From the NCBI GenBank assembly GCA_963745605.1, contig CAVUYC010000030.1, forward strand, positions 22,661 through 86,660: DNA of 64,000 nucleotides, given 5' to 3'. A program made the translations under genes and the position numbers. The DNA comes from an uncultured Chloroflexia bacterium. GTDB lineage: Bacteria > Chloroflexota > Dehalococcoidia > Dehalococcoidales > UBA2162. The notes below the pieces were generated by a model. The model had not been told where the DNA came from, made no database searches, and saw nothing but the letters and a program-made list of their open reading frames with translations. Shown here in pieces: positions 27,137 through 35,374 of this stretch (the first letter of the stretch is position 1; each line of letters begins with the position of its first letter).

Positions 27137-27772
27137 CTACAGCGCCTCCTCTCTGGGAAGATCAGGCAGGAGACTGTGAATGTGGGCCATTATTTCCCGT
27201 GTTTGTGCCTCCAATTCCTGTCTTCGCCCGGCTCCGTCCGCGCTGGATAAGTTGAATGGGCGGCCGATGTGGACGGTGATGCGCGGTCGTCTCAGCATCC
27301 ACCGCCACCCTTCTATTGTTGAGGTTCCACTTACGGCCACAGGCAGAATCGGCACTTCCGACCTCGACGCTATCATAGCAGCACCCAGAAATCCTTCGGG
27401 TCGGTGCCCGCCGCTGGTTGTCCTGGCGCCTTCGGGAAACATGATTAGCGCTTTGCGTTCGGCAAGGACCTCCGAGGCACGTCTCAACGCCGTTCTGTCG
27501 AAGCTGCCTCTGCGGACCGGAAATGCCCCTAAAATAGAGACAAACCGTCCGCCCAGCCACGACCGAAAGAGTTCTTCCTTCGCCATGAACGCACACGGGC
27601 GTCCCACGGCGGCCGCGACAACTATGGGGTCCATGAGGTTCACGTGATTAGCGGACACGAGGAGGCCGCCCTTTTTGGGCACGTTCTCCTTGCCGCGGAC
27701 TCTGACTCTGGCAAACAACAAGAAGAAGAGGAGCACAGGGAGCCGCCCAACATAATAGACCCAGTCCGCCAT
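27137..27772 (-). CDS. plsC: 1-acyl-sn-glycerol-3-phosphate acyltransferase
   Basis: HxxxxD box (ANHVNLMDP) and FPEGARTTSG. Start taken at ATG 27772 (MADWVYY), which avoids a 32-nt overlap with the upstream gene. Confidence 0.85.
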   Translation of the reverse strand: MADWVYYVGRLPVLLFFLLFARVRVRGKENVPKKGGLLVSANHVNLMDPIVVAAAVGRPCAFMAKEELFRSWLGGRFVSILGAFPVRRGSFDRTALRRASEVLAERKALIMFPEGARTTSGGHRPEGFLGAAMIASRSEVPILPVAVSGTSTIEGWRWMLRRPRITVHIGRPFNLSSADGAGRRQELEAQTREIMAHIHSLLPDLPREEAL

Positions 27773-27779
27773 CGCCAGA

Positions 27780-28955
27780 CTACCTCTTAACGACCAGCTT
27801 TCTGACGGCACGGTTCAAGCCGTCAAGGGTGAGCGGGTACATGGGGTACACCTTGCGGACCATCTCCACTGTGACGCCAATCCAGTAGCGCTCGTCCCCA
27901 AACGGGGTAAGCCACGCGCTGTGGGTAAAATGGTCATTGATACGTCTCAACCAGGTAATGCCGGGGGTCTCGTTGTGGTCGTAGTAGCTGATGGCGCCGT
28001 TCGGATCAGTGAGTTCCCAGGAACCCATGGAAGCATCGCCTACGATCAGGACCTTGTAGTCGGAGTCGAGGGTCTTCAACAGGTGTTCCGTGCTCACGGC
28101 GTCTTTTTCCCTGCGCTCGATGTCCTTGTACACTTGGTGATAGATGCAGTTGTGGAAATAGTAATACTGAAAATCCCGGAAATGGTTGCTCGAATGGGCT
28201 GCCGAGAAGAGCTGGCTGCAAACCTCAGCGTGGGGGTCCATGGACCCGCCTGCGTCCATGAGAAGAAGGACCCTGGCGTTGTTCTTACGGCTGCGCTCCC
28301 ACACCAGGTCTATGTCGCCGGCATTTCGCGCCGTTGAATCGATGGTTCCAGGAAGGTCGAGTTCGTCCTCCAGGCCTATTCGTGTGAGTTGGCGCAGGCC
28401 CTTCAAGGCGAGTCTAATCTGTCGGACGTCCAGGACCATGTCGTTCCGGTAATTGCGGAACCTGCGCTCTCCGGCAACTTTCACTGCTGATCTCCCTCCC
28501 CCCTCCCCGCCGATACGGATGCCACCAGGTCGGTAACCGGAATTGCCAAATGGAGAACCCCCGCGCCTCCCGACCCATTTGGTGCCGCCGTCGTGTTGCT
28601 CCTTCTGCTCCTTTAGCAGTTTCTCTAGCTCCCTGATCAAATCCTGGAGTTCCATCTGCTCGAAGAAAGGGAGTTCGTCGGGCTTCAGATTGCGCCGCTC
28701 GAGCGCCTCTTTGGTCCACTCGAATATCTTGTCCGGAATCTCGAGCCACTCAAGCCCGGCGAAATGCTCCTGAAAGGCAACGTCGTAATTGTCGAAATAC
28801 GCCTCGCTCTTCACCAGGATGGCTCGAGCCAGGAAGTAGAAATCCTCCAGGTTACCGACGTAGCCCCGGTCGAGGGCTTCCATCAGGGTCATCCATTCTG
28901 TGATGGATACCGGCACTCTGTGCCGGCGAAGGGCGAAAAAGAAATCAATGAACAT
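27780..28955 (-). CDS. VWA-domain protein (CoxE-like partner of MoxR-type ATPases)
   Basis: 391 aa. Gly-rich linker, then a VWA MIDAS-like LLLMDAGGSMD. Overlaps the upstream AAA+ gene by 11 nt. Confidence 0.85.
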   Translation of the reverse strand: MFIDFFFALRRHRVPVSITEWMTLMEALDRGYVGNLEDFYFLARAILVKSEAYFDNYDVAFQEHFAGLEWLEIPDKIFEWTKEALERRNLKPDELPFFEQMELQDLIRELEKLLKEQKEQHDGGTKWVGRRGGSPFGNSGYRPGGIRIGGEGGGRSAVKVAGERRFRNYRNDMVLDVRQIRLALKGLRQLTRIGLEDELDLPGTIDSTARNAGDIDLVWERSRKNNARVLLLMDAGGSMDPHAEVCSQLFSAAHSSNHFRDFQYYYFHNCIYHQVYKDIERREKDAVSTEHLLKTLDSDYKVLIVGDASMGSWELTDPNGAISYYDHNETPGITWLRRINDHFTHSAWLTPFGDERYWIGVTVEMVRKVYPMYPLTLDGLNRAVRKLVVKR

Positions 28956-29796
28956 GTTTAGAGGTGCCGGCTTTAGCTTTTACGAACTGATAATCGGTCT
29001 CTCTCTTCAGCAGGGCCCCCGTGAAGGGTAGTTCGCCGTTGATGTCATCTGCGGATATCCCGGCAGCCACGAGTGCCTTCAGCCAATCGATCAGTTCGCT
29101 GGTCGAAGGCTTCTTGCGCAGGTCATCGATCTTTCGCAGCCCATAGAAGCCTTCGATTGCCTTTGCGAGGAGGTTCTGTTTGATGTTTGGGAAATGGACG
29201 AGGACAATCTCTCTCATTAACGCCGGGTCTGGGAATTCGATGTAATGAAAAATACAACGGCGGAGGAAGGCGTCTGGCAATTCCTTCTCGGCGTTGCTCG
29301 TAATGATGGTAATCGGCCTGTTCACAGCCGAAATCGTCTCGTCGGTCTCTGGGATGTAGAAACTCATCTCGTCGATTTCGTTCAAGAGATCATTCGGAAA
29401 TTCAATATCAGCCTTGTCGATCTCATCGATCAGCAAAACCACCTGTTCAAGGGAGGCAAATGCCTGCCCCAGGTTGCCGAGTTGGATATACTCTTTTATC
29501 TTCGAAACGTCTTTGTCGCCGAACCGGCTGTCGTTCAATCGTTGTACGGTATCGTACAGATACAGGCCATCCTTGGCCTTGGTCGTTGACTTAACGTTCC
29601 ACTTAATCAGCTTTTTGTTCAGCGCTCTGGCAATCGAATGGGCAAGAAGCGTCTTGCCCGTCCCCGGCTCGCCACGGATCAGCAACGGCCGTCCCAGAGC
29701 GATGGAAACATTAACCGCGTTTCTCAGGGGTTCGGAAGTGACGTAGTCGGCCGAGCCCTTGAATTTGTCAAACATCTCATTCAAAACAGACACCAC
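28945..29796 (-). CDS. MoxR-like AAA+ ATPase
   Basis: Walker A GEPGTGKT, Walker B LLIDEIDKA, sensor region TSNAEKELPDAFLRRC. Confidence 0.88.
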   Translation of the reverse strand: MVSVLNEMFDKFKGSADYVTSEPLRNAVNVSIALGRPLLIRGEPGTGKTLLAHSIARALNKKLIKWNVKSTTKAKDGLYLYDTVQRLNDSRFGDKDVSKIKEYIQLGNLGQAFASLEQVVLLIDEIDKADIEFPNDLLNEIDEMSFYIPETDETISAVNRPITIITSNAEKELPDAFLRRCIFHYIEFPDPALMREIVLVHFPNIKQNLLAKAIEGFYGLRKIDDLRKKPSTSELIDWLKALVAAGISADDINGELPFTGALLKRETDYQFVKAKAGTSKHVH

Positions 29797-29848
29797 CTAA
29801 TTGCTTCAATTGGCCAAGTCGATTATACCTGAATGAGGCGCAGAACCA

Positions 29849-30643
29849 CTATTGGAGGTTAGCATTCGAGGCCCGCCCCCGATGCCACCCGATGAGCTTC
29901 TGCCAGAATGGCTCCTGGAGAGCCGGAAGTCCAGCCGCCGATTGCTGTGTTCCGCCAAGACGGACGTAAATCGAGTCTGCGATTTCCCGGTCCACGGCAA
30001 ATTGGGTGTGTCCGGATTCGAGAAGGAATGCCGGCGAAGTCTGGAGCACCGATATCGGCGCTCCCGGCAAAATGCCCATCGCGGTTAGCTTGCGTAGTTG
30101 TGCTAGTTTCTCAGCGGCAATGTATGCCACTGTACCCTTCTGCCCATCACGCAATCCGGACAGAGCGGACACGACCCGTGAAGTGGAGACTCTCGTCTCC
30201 AGGCAGCACTTCCCCGCGGGGATCGGCTTTCCGTGGGGGCAGAACTTGGGATGGCCGAGCAATGTACAGATGCTCTCATCAAGCCCACGGTCCAGCAGGT
30301 GCTCGAACTTGCATGCCTTCTCGTGATTGACCTCATTCCAGGCGTCCAGGACGTCTGCAAGCAGCCGCTCAGCGAGGCGGTGTCTGCGGACAACGTTCTC
30401 TCCGAGAGGACTCCCGGCGTCGGTCAGCCCGATCCTTGCATCGCAGATGAGGTAACCCTCTTTTTCGAGTTCTTTGATAACCTGTTCGTCGTATTTCGCG
30501 TTGTCCGGGCGAGTCTGCTCTCTGTTTGTCGATTGGGCCAGCGCTATCTCAAGCTCCTCCCTGGATAGATGGGCGCGGCCTTCTTCGATGGTCTTGATCC
30601 ACAGTATTTCCAGTATTTCCTCTTGTCTTTCGGTGAGGTCCAT
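29849..30643 (-). CDS. DtxR/MntR-family metal-dependent regulator with C-terminal FeoA/SH3-like domain
   Basis: Winged helix, metal-site helix (VVRRHRLAERLLADVL, KACKFEH, CPHG) and C-terminal FeoA-like GQKGTVAYI...LTAMGILPGAPISVL. Confidence 0.88.
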   Translation of the reverse strand: MDLTERQEEILEILWIKTIEEGRAHLSREELEIALAQSTNREQTRPDNAKYDEQVIKELEKEGYLICDARIGLTDAGSPLGENVVRRHRLAERLLADVLDAWNEVNHEKACKFEHLLDRGLDESICTLLGHPKFCPHGKPIPAGKCCLETRVSTSRVVSALSGLRDGQKGTVAYIAAEKLAQLRKLTAMGILPGAPISVLQTSPAFLLESGHTQFAVDREIADSIYVRLGGTQQSAAGLPALQEPFWQKLIGWHRGRASNANLQ

Positions 30644-30653
30644 GATCAGCCTC

Positions 30654-30854
30654 CTACTTGGGGCTAGGCGCGCCTTCTCGGGAGAAGAGGCGATGCCAAA
30701 GGGTCCGAATCTTTTTGTACTCAGGTGGCAGGGGCGTTTCGTACCCGCATCGCGGGCAGCAAATCATACGGCAACCCCTCGCCATCGGGCATCCTGAGCA
30801 GCAGGTTCTGCCCTGATCAAGCTCGAAAAACTGCCCGCAGAAGGCACACTTCAC
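30654..30854 (-). CDS. Cys-rich small protein (66 aa) translationally coupled to feoB
   Basis: The GTG start shares two bases with the feoB TGA (GTGA). VKCAFCGQFFELDQGRTCCSGCPMARGCRMICCPRCGYETP has 9 Cys in 36 residues. Its stop TAG is embedded in the AGGAGG SD of the DtxR-family gene. Confidence 0.55.
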   Translation of the reverse strand: MKCAFCGQFFELDQGRTCCSGCPMARGCRMICCPRCGYETPLPPEYKKIRTLWHRLFSREGAPSPK

Positions 30855-32899
30855 AGGGTTACCCTCAGAGCGATCAATAGGCGGTCGAGTGCAAATCCGA
30901 CGGCGAAGGCGAAGGGGAAAATGAATCCCGCGATCGCTAGGGCGGTCTTCCATCCCCTCTCCTTGAGCATTACGGAGAACTGAGCGACGCAAGGGACGAA
31001 AAGGGTCAGGGTCACTGCGGCCACCACCGCCGCAACTCCGGACAAAGCGCCGCTGTTCTGCAACTGGTACAGACCCGCTGCTCCGAAGTCCCTTCTGAAG
31101 AAGCCGTACAGGAAGACGGGGCCTGCCTGTGGCGGGAGGCCAATGAAGCTGACGAGCGGTCCCAGTGCCTTCCCGGCCAGGTCCAAAACGCCGCTCCAGC
31201 TCCCTGCCCATAGGATTACGCTGGCGATGACGAACACGGGAAGGACTTCAAACAGGTACCACTGAAGCCTTGTCGCCGTCTTGCTGAGAACACTCTTGAT
31301 CTTGGGAAGGCGGAGCGGAGGTATCTCCATGTAGAAACTGGGCCTGTCCCCTGGGATGACTCTGCCGGCCAGGAACCCCACCAGTAGAAACACCAGTGTG
31401 ACCGAGCCGCCCCATATCAATAGGCCTAGTGGATTGCGCGATAGTATGGCGAAGATCACCCCCAGTTGGGCTGAGCATGGTATGGCTAGCGCAAGGAGGA
31501 GTGTTGAGAGGACTCTTTCGCGCTTGGTCTCCTGGGTCCGAGTCACGATTGTCGCCATCGTATCGCAGCCAAGTCCCAGCACCATCGGGATAACGGCCCG
31601 ACCGCTCAGTCCGATCTTCTTGAAAATGCCATCCAGCAGCATCGCCAATCTGGGTAAGTATCCGCTGTCTTCGATAATCGAGAATACGATGAAGAACGTC
31701 CCGACGATCGGCAGAATCAACGCAAAAGCATAGGTCAGGCCAAGGGTGATGAGTCCGTAAGGTCCTACGAACAGGTCCCGTACGACTGCCCATGGAATAG
31801 CATGGGTTGCGATGCCGGTCGCCCAGGGATTGATCCAGCGGCCGAACACGGTATTCTCGAAGAATCCAACCAGGTCCCTCGCCCCCAGCACACCCACGAA
31901 TTGATAGAGCCCCAGATACAGGAAGACAAGTAGAATCGGAATGCCGAGGGCTGGCCTCATCATGGCACGGCTGAGTCTCTCGGCGAACCCCCGCTTTTCC
32001 GGCAGGCCCTCGCTCATCACCTCGTCGAGGATTTGCCCTGACCTTTTCTGACGCGCCATTGAAATGACGTAGCTCAGAGGCTGGCAATAATTGGACCTGA
32101 CGGCCTCAACTGAGGTCTGGATAGCCGGGAATTCAGGCTCTGCCGAAACCCTCGTTTCTATTTCCGGGTCTCCTTGAAGTAAGAGCAAGGCGATCGCCCT
32201 TCCGGAGAGGCCGTAGTCCGAGCTAAGGTTGTGTTTAATGGCCTCCACCGCCGATTCGATATCGGCGCCATAGCGAACTGGAGCGGGTGGTGGAGTGTCT
32301 TTGCGGGCGAAAGCGACAAGTCTCTGGCGCAGTTGCTCTATCCCGCTGCCGCTGGCGGCCACCGTCGCTAACACGGGGATAGCGAGAGCTTCCTCCAGCA
32401 TGTTTACGTCTATCTTCAAACCGGCAGATTCGGCTTCGTCCATCATATTGAGCGCCAGCACCAGAGGCAGGCCAGCCTCAAGCAACTGCAAAGTAAAGGA
32501 AAGCATGCGTTCCAGGTTCCTCGCATCTGCCACTTGCAGCACTACGTCCGGCTTCTCGGACAACAGCAGTCTGCGGGCAACTCGCTCCTCTTCGGTGATT
32601 GGGAGCAGCGAGTACATTCCCGGCGTGTCCACGACGTCAAACGGCACACTGCCGCGCATCCTCCCCCTTGTGACGTCAACCGTGGTGCCGGGGTAGTTGG
32701 AGACGACGGCATGAGCGCCGGTCAGGCTGTTGAAGATCAGACTCTTGCCGACGTTGGGATTGCCAACGATACCGAGTTTCCTCGCGCCCAGACGGGGTTC
32801 AGCAGACGGACTCGCGTGGCAGTTTGCGCCCCTTTGTTTCTTGAATGGATTGCGCAAATCGCGGGGCCGAGTCTCGGAGGCGGTCGTCTGGGCGTTCAT
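30851..32899 (-). CDS. feoB: Ferrous iron transporter FeoB
   Basis: G-domain GNPNVGKS, NYPGTTV, DTPG, then a polytopic membrane domain. About 40-aa N-terminal extension. ATGA overlap with the upstream FTR1 gene. Confidence 0.93.
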   Translation of the reverse strand: MNAQTTASETRPRDLRNPFKKQRGANCHASPSAEPRLGARKLGIVGNPNVGKSLIFNSLTGAHAVVSNYPGTTVDVTRGRMRGSVPFDVVDTPGMYSLLPITEEERVARRLLLSEKPDVVLQVADARNLERMLSFTLQLLEAGLPLVLALNMMDEAESAGLKIDVNMLEEALAIPVLATVAASGSGIEQLRQRLVAFARKDTPPPAPVRYGADIESAVEAIKHNLSSDYGLSGRAIALLLLQGDPEIETRVSAEPEFPAIQTSVEAVRSNYCQPLSYVISMARQKRSGQILDEVMSEGLPEKRGFAERLSRAMMRPALGIPILLVFLYLGLYQFVGVLGARDLVGFFENTVFGRWINPWATGIATHAIPWAVVRDLFVGPYGLITLGLTYAFALILPIVGTFFIVFSIIEDSGYLPRLAMLLDGIFKKIGLSGRAVIPMVLGLGCDTMATIVTRTQETKRERVLSTLLLALAIPCSAQLGVIFAILSRNPLGLLIWGGSVTLVFLLVGFLAGRVIPGDRPSFYMEIPPLRLPKIKSVLSKTATRLQWYLFEVLPVFVIASVILWAGSWSGVLDLAGKALGPLVSFIGLPPQAGPVFLYGFFRRDFGAAGLYQLQNSGALSGVAAVVAAVTLTLFVPCVAQFSVMLKERGWKTALAIAGFIFPFAFAVGFALDRLLIALRVTL

Positions 32900-33714
32900 G
32901 CTCTTGCACCTCTCGGCGCCCGGTCAGTGCGGAGATACGCCGTTAGAGTCCCGGCGAGATAAGCAACCCAGCCAAGTACCTCCATGAGGGAGGGATCGCT
33001 GGAGTAACCAAAGAGCGAAGCCAGCAAACGTCCGGCGCCGGACTCATCGGAAAGAACAGCCCCGGTGTTCCACAAGGGCGTGATCAATCCCGGGACAATC
33101 CCGGCTTCGATGAACTCATGAAGTCCGTGCGATACCATCCCTGCCGCGAATACGATCAATACGATGCTGGTAACATTGAAGAAGACTCTCAGGTTGAGGC
33201 GGGTGGTGCCGCGGTACAGTACATATCCGATCCCAAACGCAAGCACCAAGCCGATAACGGCTCCGAGCGTGGCGGAAGCAGTCGATCCCGCTGTCCGTGA
33301 GGATGCAAACAGGAACAGCACGGTCTCGATGCCCTCTCGTACGATGGCAACAAAAGCAAGCGCTGCCAGCCCGAACCACGAGTCTTTGGCAGACGACGCG
33401 ATCCTCGATTGGAGTCCCGACTTTACGTTGGCCGCCTCTCTTTTCATGAGGAAAATCATCCAGGTAAGGATGCCGGCCGCGACCAGCACAGCAGAACCTT
33501 CATAGAGCTGCTCGGCAATTCCCGAGAGTTCCCCTGCGGTTAGATATATGGCCGCGCCTGCCAGAAGGCTCGCGACGAAGGCTGCACCCGCTCCAATCCA
33601 TGCATATTTGATGAGATGGCCCTTTCCCGTCTTGGCCAGGTAGGCGATGATGATTCCCATCAGCAGGCTTGCCTCGATCCCCTCTCTGAGCGTTATTAGC
33701 AGCGAAGTGAGCAC
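32896..33714 (-). CDS. FTR1/EfeU-family iron permease
   Basis: Two REGxE motifs (TLREGIEASL, IVREGIETVL), seven hydrophobic segments, GTG start. Confidence 0.88.
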   Translation of the reverse strand: MLTSLLITLREGIEASLLMGIIIAYLAKTGKGHLIKYAWIGAGAAFVASLLAGAAIYLTAGELSGIAEQLYEGSAVLVAAGILTWMIFLMKREAANVKSGLQSRIASSAKDSWFGLAALAFVAIVREGIETVLFLFASSRTAGSTASATLGAVIGLVLAFGIGYVLYRGTTRLNLRVFFNVTSIVLIVFAAGMVSHGLHEFIEAGIVPGLITPLWNTGAVLSDESGAGRLLASLFGYSSDPSLMEVLGWVAYLAGTLTAYLRTDRAPRGARA

Positions 33715-33733
33715 TTAGTATCCCCTTATATAC

Positions 33734-33751
33734 ATTTGCATTGCATTTGCA
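33734..33751. promoter_or_regulatory. Candidate metalloregulator operator upstream of the FTR1-feoB operon
   Basis: ATTTGCA-TTGC-ATTTGCA direct repeat overlaps a TTGCAA / TATAAG promoter-like region on the minus strand. It shares the TGCAAAT word with the site upstream of fur. Confidence 0.35.
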
Positions 33752-33777
33752 ACTATGACGGCAAACAATTTGCCATC

Positions 33778-34224
33778 CTATTTCTTGCTCTGGCACTCGG
33801 AGCAATATCCTAAAACCCTGGTCTCAGTACTTGTGACCTGGAAATCAGCAGCTTCCGGGACATTCGTCTTGATCAGGTCGGCCAGAGGGTACGCGAACTC
33901 GATGATCTTCCCGCACTTCTGGCAGATGAGGTGATGGTATTCGGGCACATGTCCCGGCTCCGCGGCATTCTTCACTTCGTAATGATGGTGGGCCTCGTCG
34001 AAATGGACCTCATCCACAAGGCCCATCTTCTTCAGCGTCTGAAGGTTCCGATATACCGTCGATAGACTGATCCGGGGTTGCCTGCGTCTGGCCAGGCGGT
34101 ATACCTCATCAGCATCCATATGGCTCTGCCCGTGTCTGAGAATATCCAGGATAAGAGCCCTCTGGTTTGTAATCCTCAAACCGGGAAGAGATTGCCGGGT
34201 CCTTTCCAATGCGCTTGTCTTCAT
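33778..34224 (-). CDS. fur: Fur-family transcriptional regulator
   Basis: RITNQRALILDIL, STVYRNLQ, HHHY, CQKCG...CSEC. ATG at 34224 is preferred over the TTG at 34236. Confidence 0.9.
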   Translation of the reverse strand: MKTSALERTRQSLPGLRITNQRALILDILRHGQSHMDADEVYRLARRRQPRISLSTVYRNLQTLKKMGLVDEVHFDEAHHHYEVKNAAEPGHVPEYHHLICQKCGKIIEFAYPLADLIKTNVPEAADFQVTSTETRVLGYCSECQSKK

Positions 34225-34231
34225 ATGCTGT

Positions 34232-34246
34232 TGCAATTGATTTGCA
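34232..34246. promoter_or_regulatory. Candidate Fur box (7-1-7 palindrome) between the fur promoter and start codon
   Basis: Minus strand TGCAAAT-C-AATTGCA, with 6 of 7 arm positions complementary. Lies downstream of the -10 and 8 nt upstream of the ATG. Confidence 0.4.
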
Positions 34247-34258
34247 TTAACAAGTACA

Positions 34259-34287
34259 GTATAAGCCGGGTTTCACGTCTGTGTCAA
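34259..34287 (-). promoter_or_regulatory. Candidate fur promoter (TTGACA-17 nt-TTATAC)
   Basis: Perfect -35 at 34282..34287, 17-nt spacer, -10 at 34259..34264 (minus strand). Confidence 0.5.
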
Positions 34288-34352
34288 TGCCGAGTCCGGC
34301 GCTTACGACCACGCATCCGGGGATTACGATCTTGCAGCGGTCTTCTTGGGGT

Positions 34353-34361
34353 TGCTATAAT
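34353..34361 (+). promoter_or_regulatory. Candidate extended -10 (TGCTATAAT) for tRNA-Cys
   Basis: Ends 15 nt before the first tRNA nucleotide. Confidence 0.5.
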
Positions 34362-34376
34362 GAATTCCTGCAAAAT

Positions 34377-34452
34377 GGCGACGTAGCCAAGTGGTTAAGG
34401 CGGGGGTCTGCAAAACCCCTATTCGTGAGTTCGAATCTCACCGTCGCCTCCA
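34377..34452 (+). tRNA. tRNA-Cys (GCA)
   Basis: 7-bp acceptor stem GGCGACG/CGTCGCC, anticodon loop CTGCAAA, T-arm GAGTTCGAATCTC, encoded CCA end. Confidence 0.93.
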
Positions 34453-34559
34453 TCATGTTGAATCCGCGTTGTACCTCTATTTTTGGTAGGTCTCCAGCTT
34501 GCCAATCCTGTGTTGTATGGGCTAATTCAGGCCATTAAGCGCACTCTTAAGGAGGATAT

Positions 34560-35327
34560 ATGCTTCAGTTCTCGTTGACCCCCGCCGCGGCAAAGCGACT
34601 TATCGGCAAAGGCATGGCCGGTCATCCCGAAATCAAGAACGCCCTGAAGAGCGGAACGATCGCCGTTGTAGCCGGCACCACAAACGGGTATGTGGCCGAG
34701 GAGATCCTGAAGTCGATCGGACAGACAAGGAACTTCTCCCGCAAGCGGTTTTTCCGTGGGATTACGCTCCCTGCAGGATACAAAGTCACTGAACAGGGAA
34801 GACTGGCAGATGAGAGCGGCTTCAAGGGCGACGTCATTATCAAAGACGGCCTGTTGCTCGAAAACAAGACTCTCGAGGACGTCGCCGACAGTTTGAAGGA
34901 AGGAGATATCCTCGTCAAGGGTGGAAATGCCCTCGACCTTGCGAATAGGAAGGCCGCCGTCTTGATAGGGAACCCTACGGGAGGAACGATCTTTGTCTCT
35001 CTGAGGGCTGCGGTCGGCAGGCGAGTGAGGCTGATTATGCCGATCGGGCTTGAGAAGAGAGTCGACGGTGACCTGGATGCTATTGCCAGAAGGGTAAATT
35101 CGCCAGGATCCAAAGGCCTGCGTCTGATGCCGGCCCCCGGAGAGGTCTTCACCGAACTGGACGCTATCGCAGTTCTGACAGGAGCCACCGCGGAACTCAT
35201 CGGTGCCGGTGGCGTCAGTGGGGCTGAAGGAGCGGTGTATCTTGCCGTATCCGGTGGGCCTGAGGCAGAGCGAAAAGCTGAGCAATTGATCAAGTCTGTA
35301 GAGGCAGAGCCTGCGTTTGTTGTCTAG
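34560..35327 (+). CDS. Conserved-looking hypothetical protein (255 aa, Gly/Ala-rich alpha/beta)
   Basis: AAGGAGG SD 5 nt upstream. No motif I can assign (GTIAVVAGTTNGY, ILVKGGNALD, NPTGGTIF, GAGGVSGAEGAVYL). Confidence 0.65.
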   Translation: MLQFSLTPAAAKRLIGKGMAGHPEIKNALKSGTIAVVAGTTNGYVAEEILKSIGQTRNFSRKRFFRGITLPAGYKVTEQGRLADESGFKGDVIIKDGLLLENKTLEDVADSLKEGDILVKGGNALDLANRKAAVLIGNPTGGTIFVSLRAAVGRRVRLIMPIGLEKRVDGDLDAIARRVNSPGSKGLRLMPAPGEVFTELDAIAVLTGATAELIGAGGVSGAEGAVYLAVSGGPEAERKAEQLIKSVEAEPAFVV

Positions 35328-35374
35328 GCCGGCACAGACGCAAATCGCACAGAGTGCGAGCCCAGTTTCGAGTG

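Noticed and set aside
30855-31211. Upstream part of the 185-aa ORF 30654..31211
   Set aside because: It runs out of frame inside feoB. Only the last 66 codons, starting at the GTG coupled to the feoB stop, look like a real gene.
34527-35293. Two long minus-strand ORFs (252 and 223 aa)
   Set aside because: Both lie antisense to the 34560..35327 gene, which has a strong SD and protein-like sequence. The antisense products are Ser/Pro/Arg-rich and lack starts with an SD.
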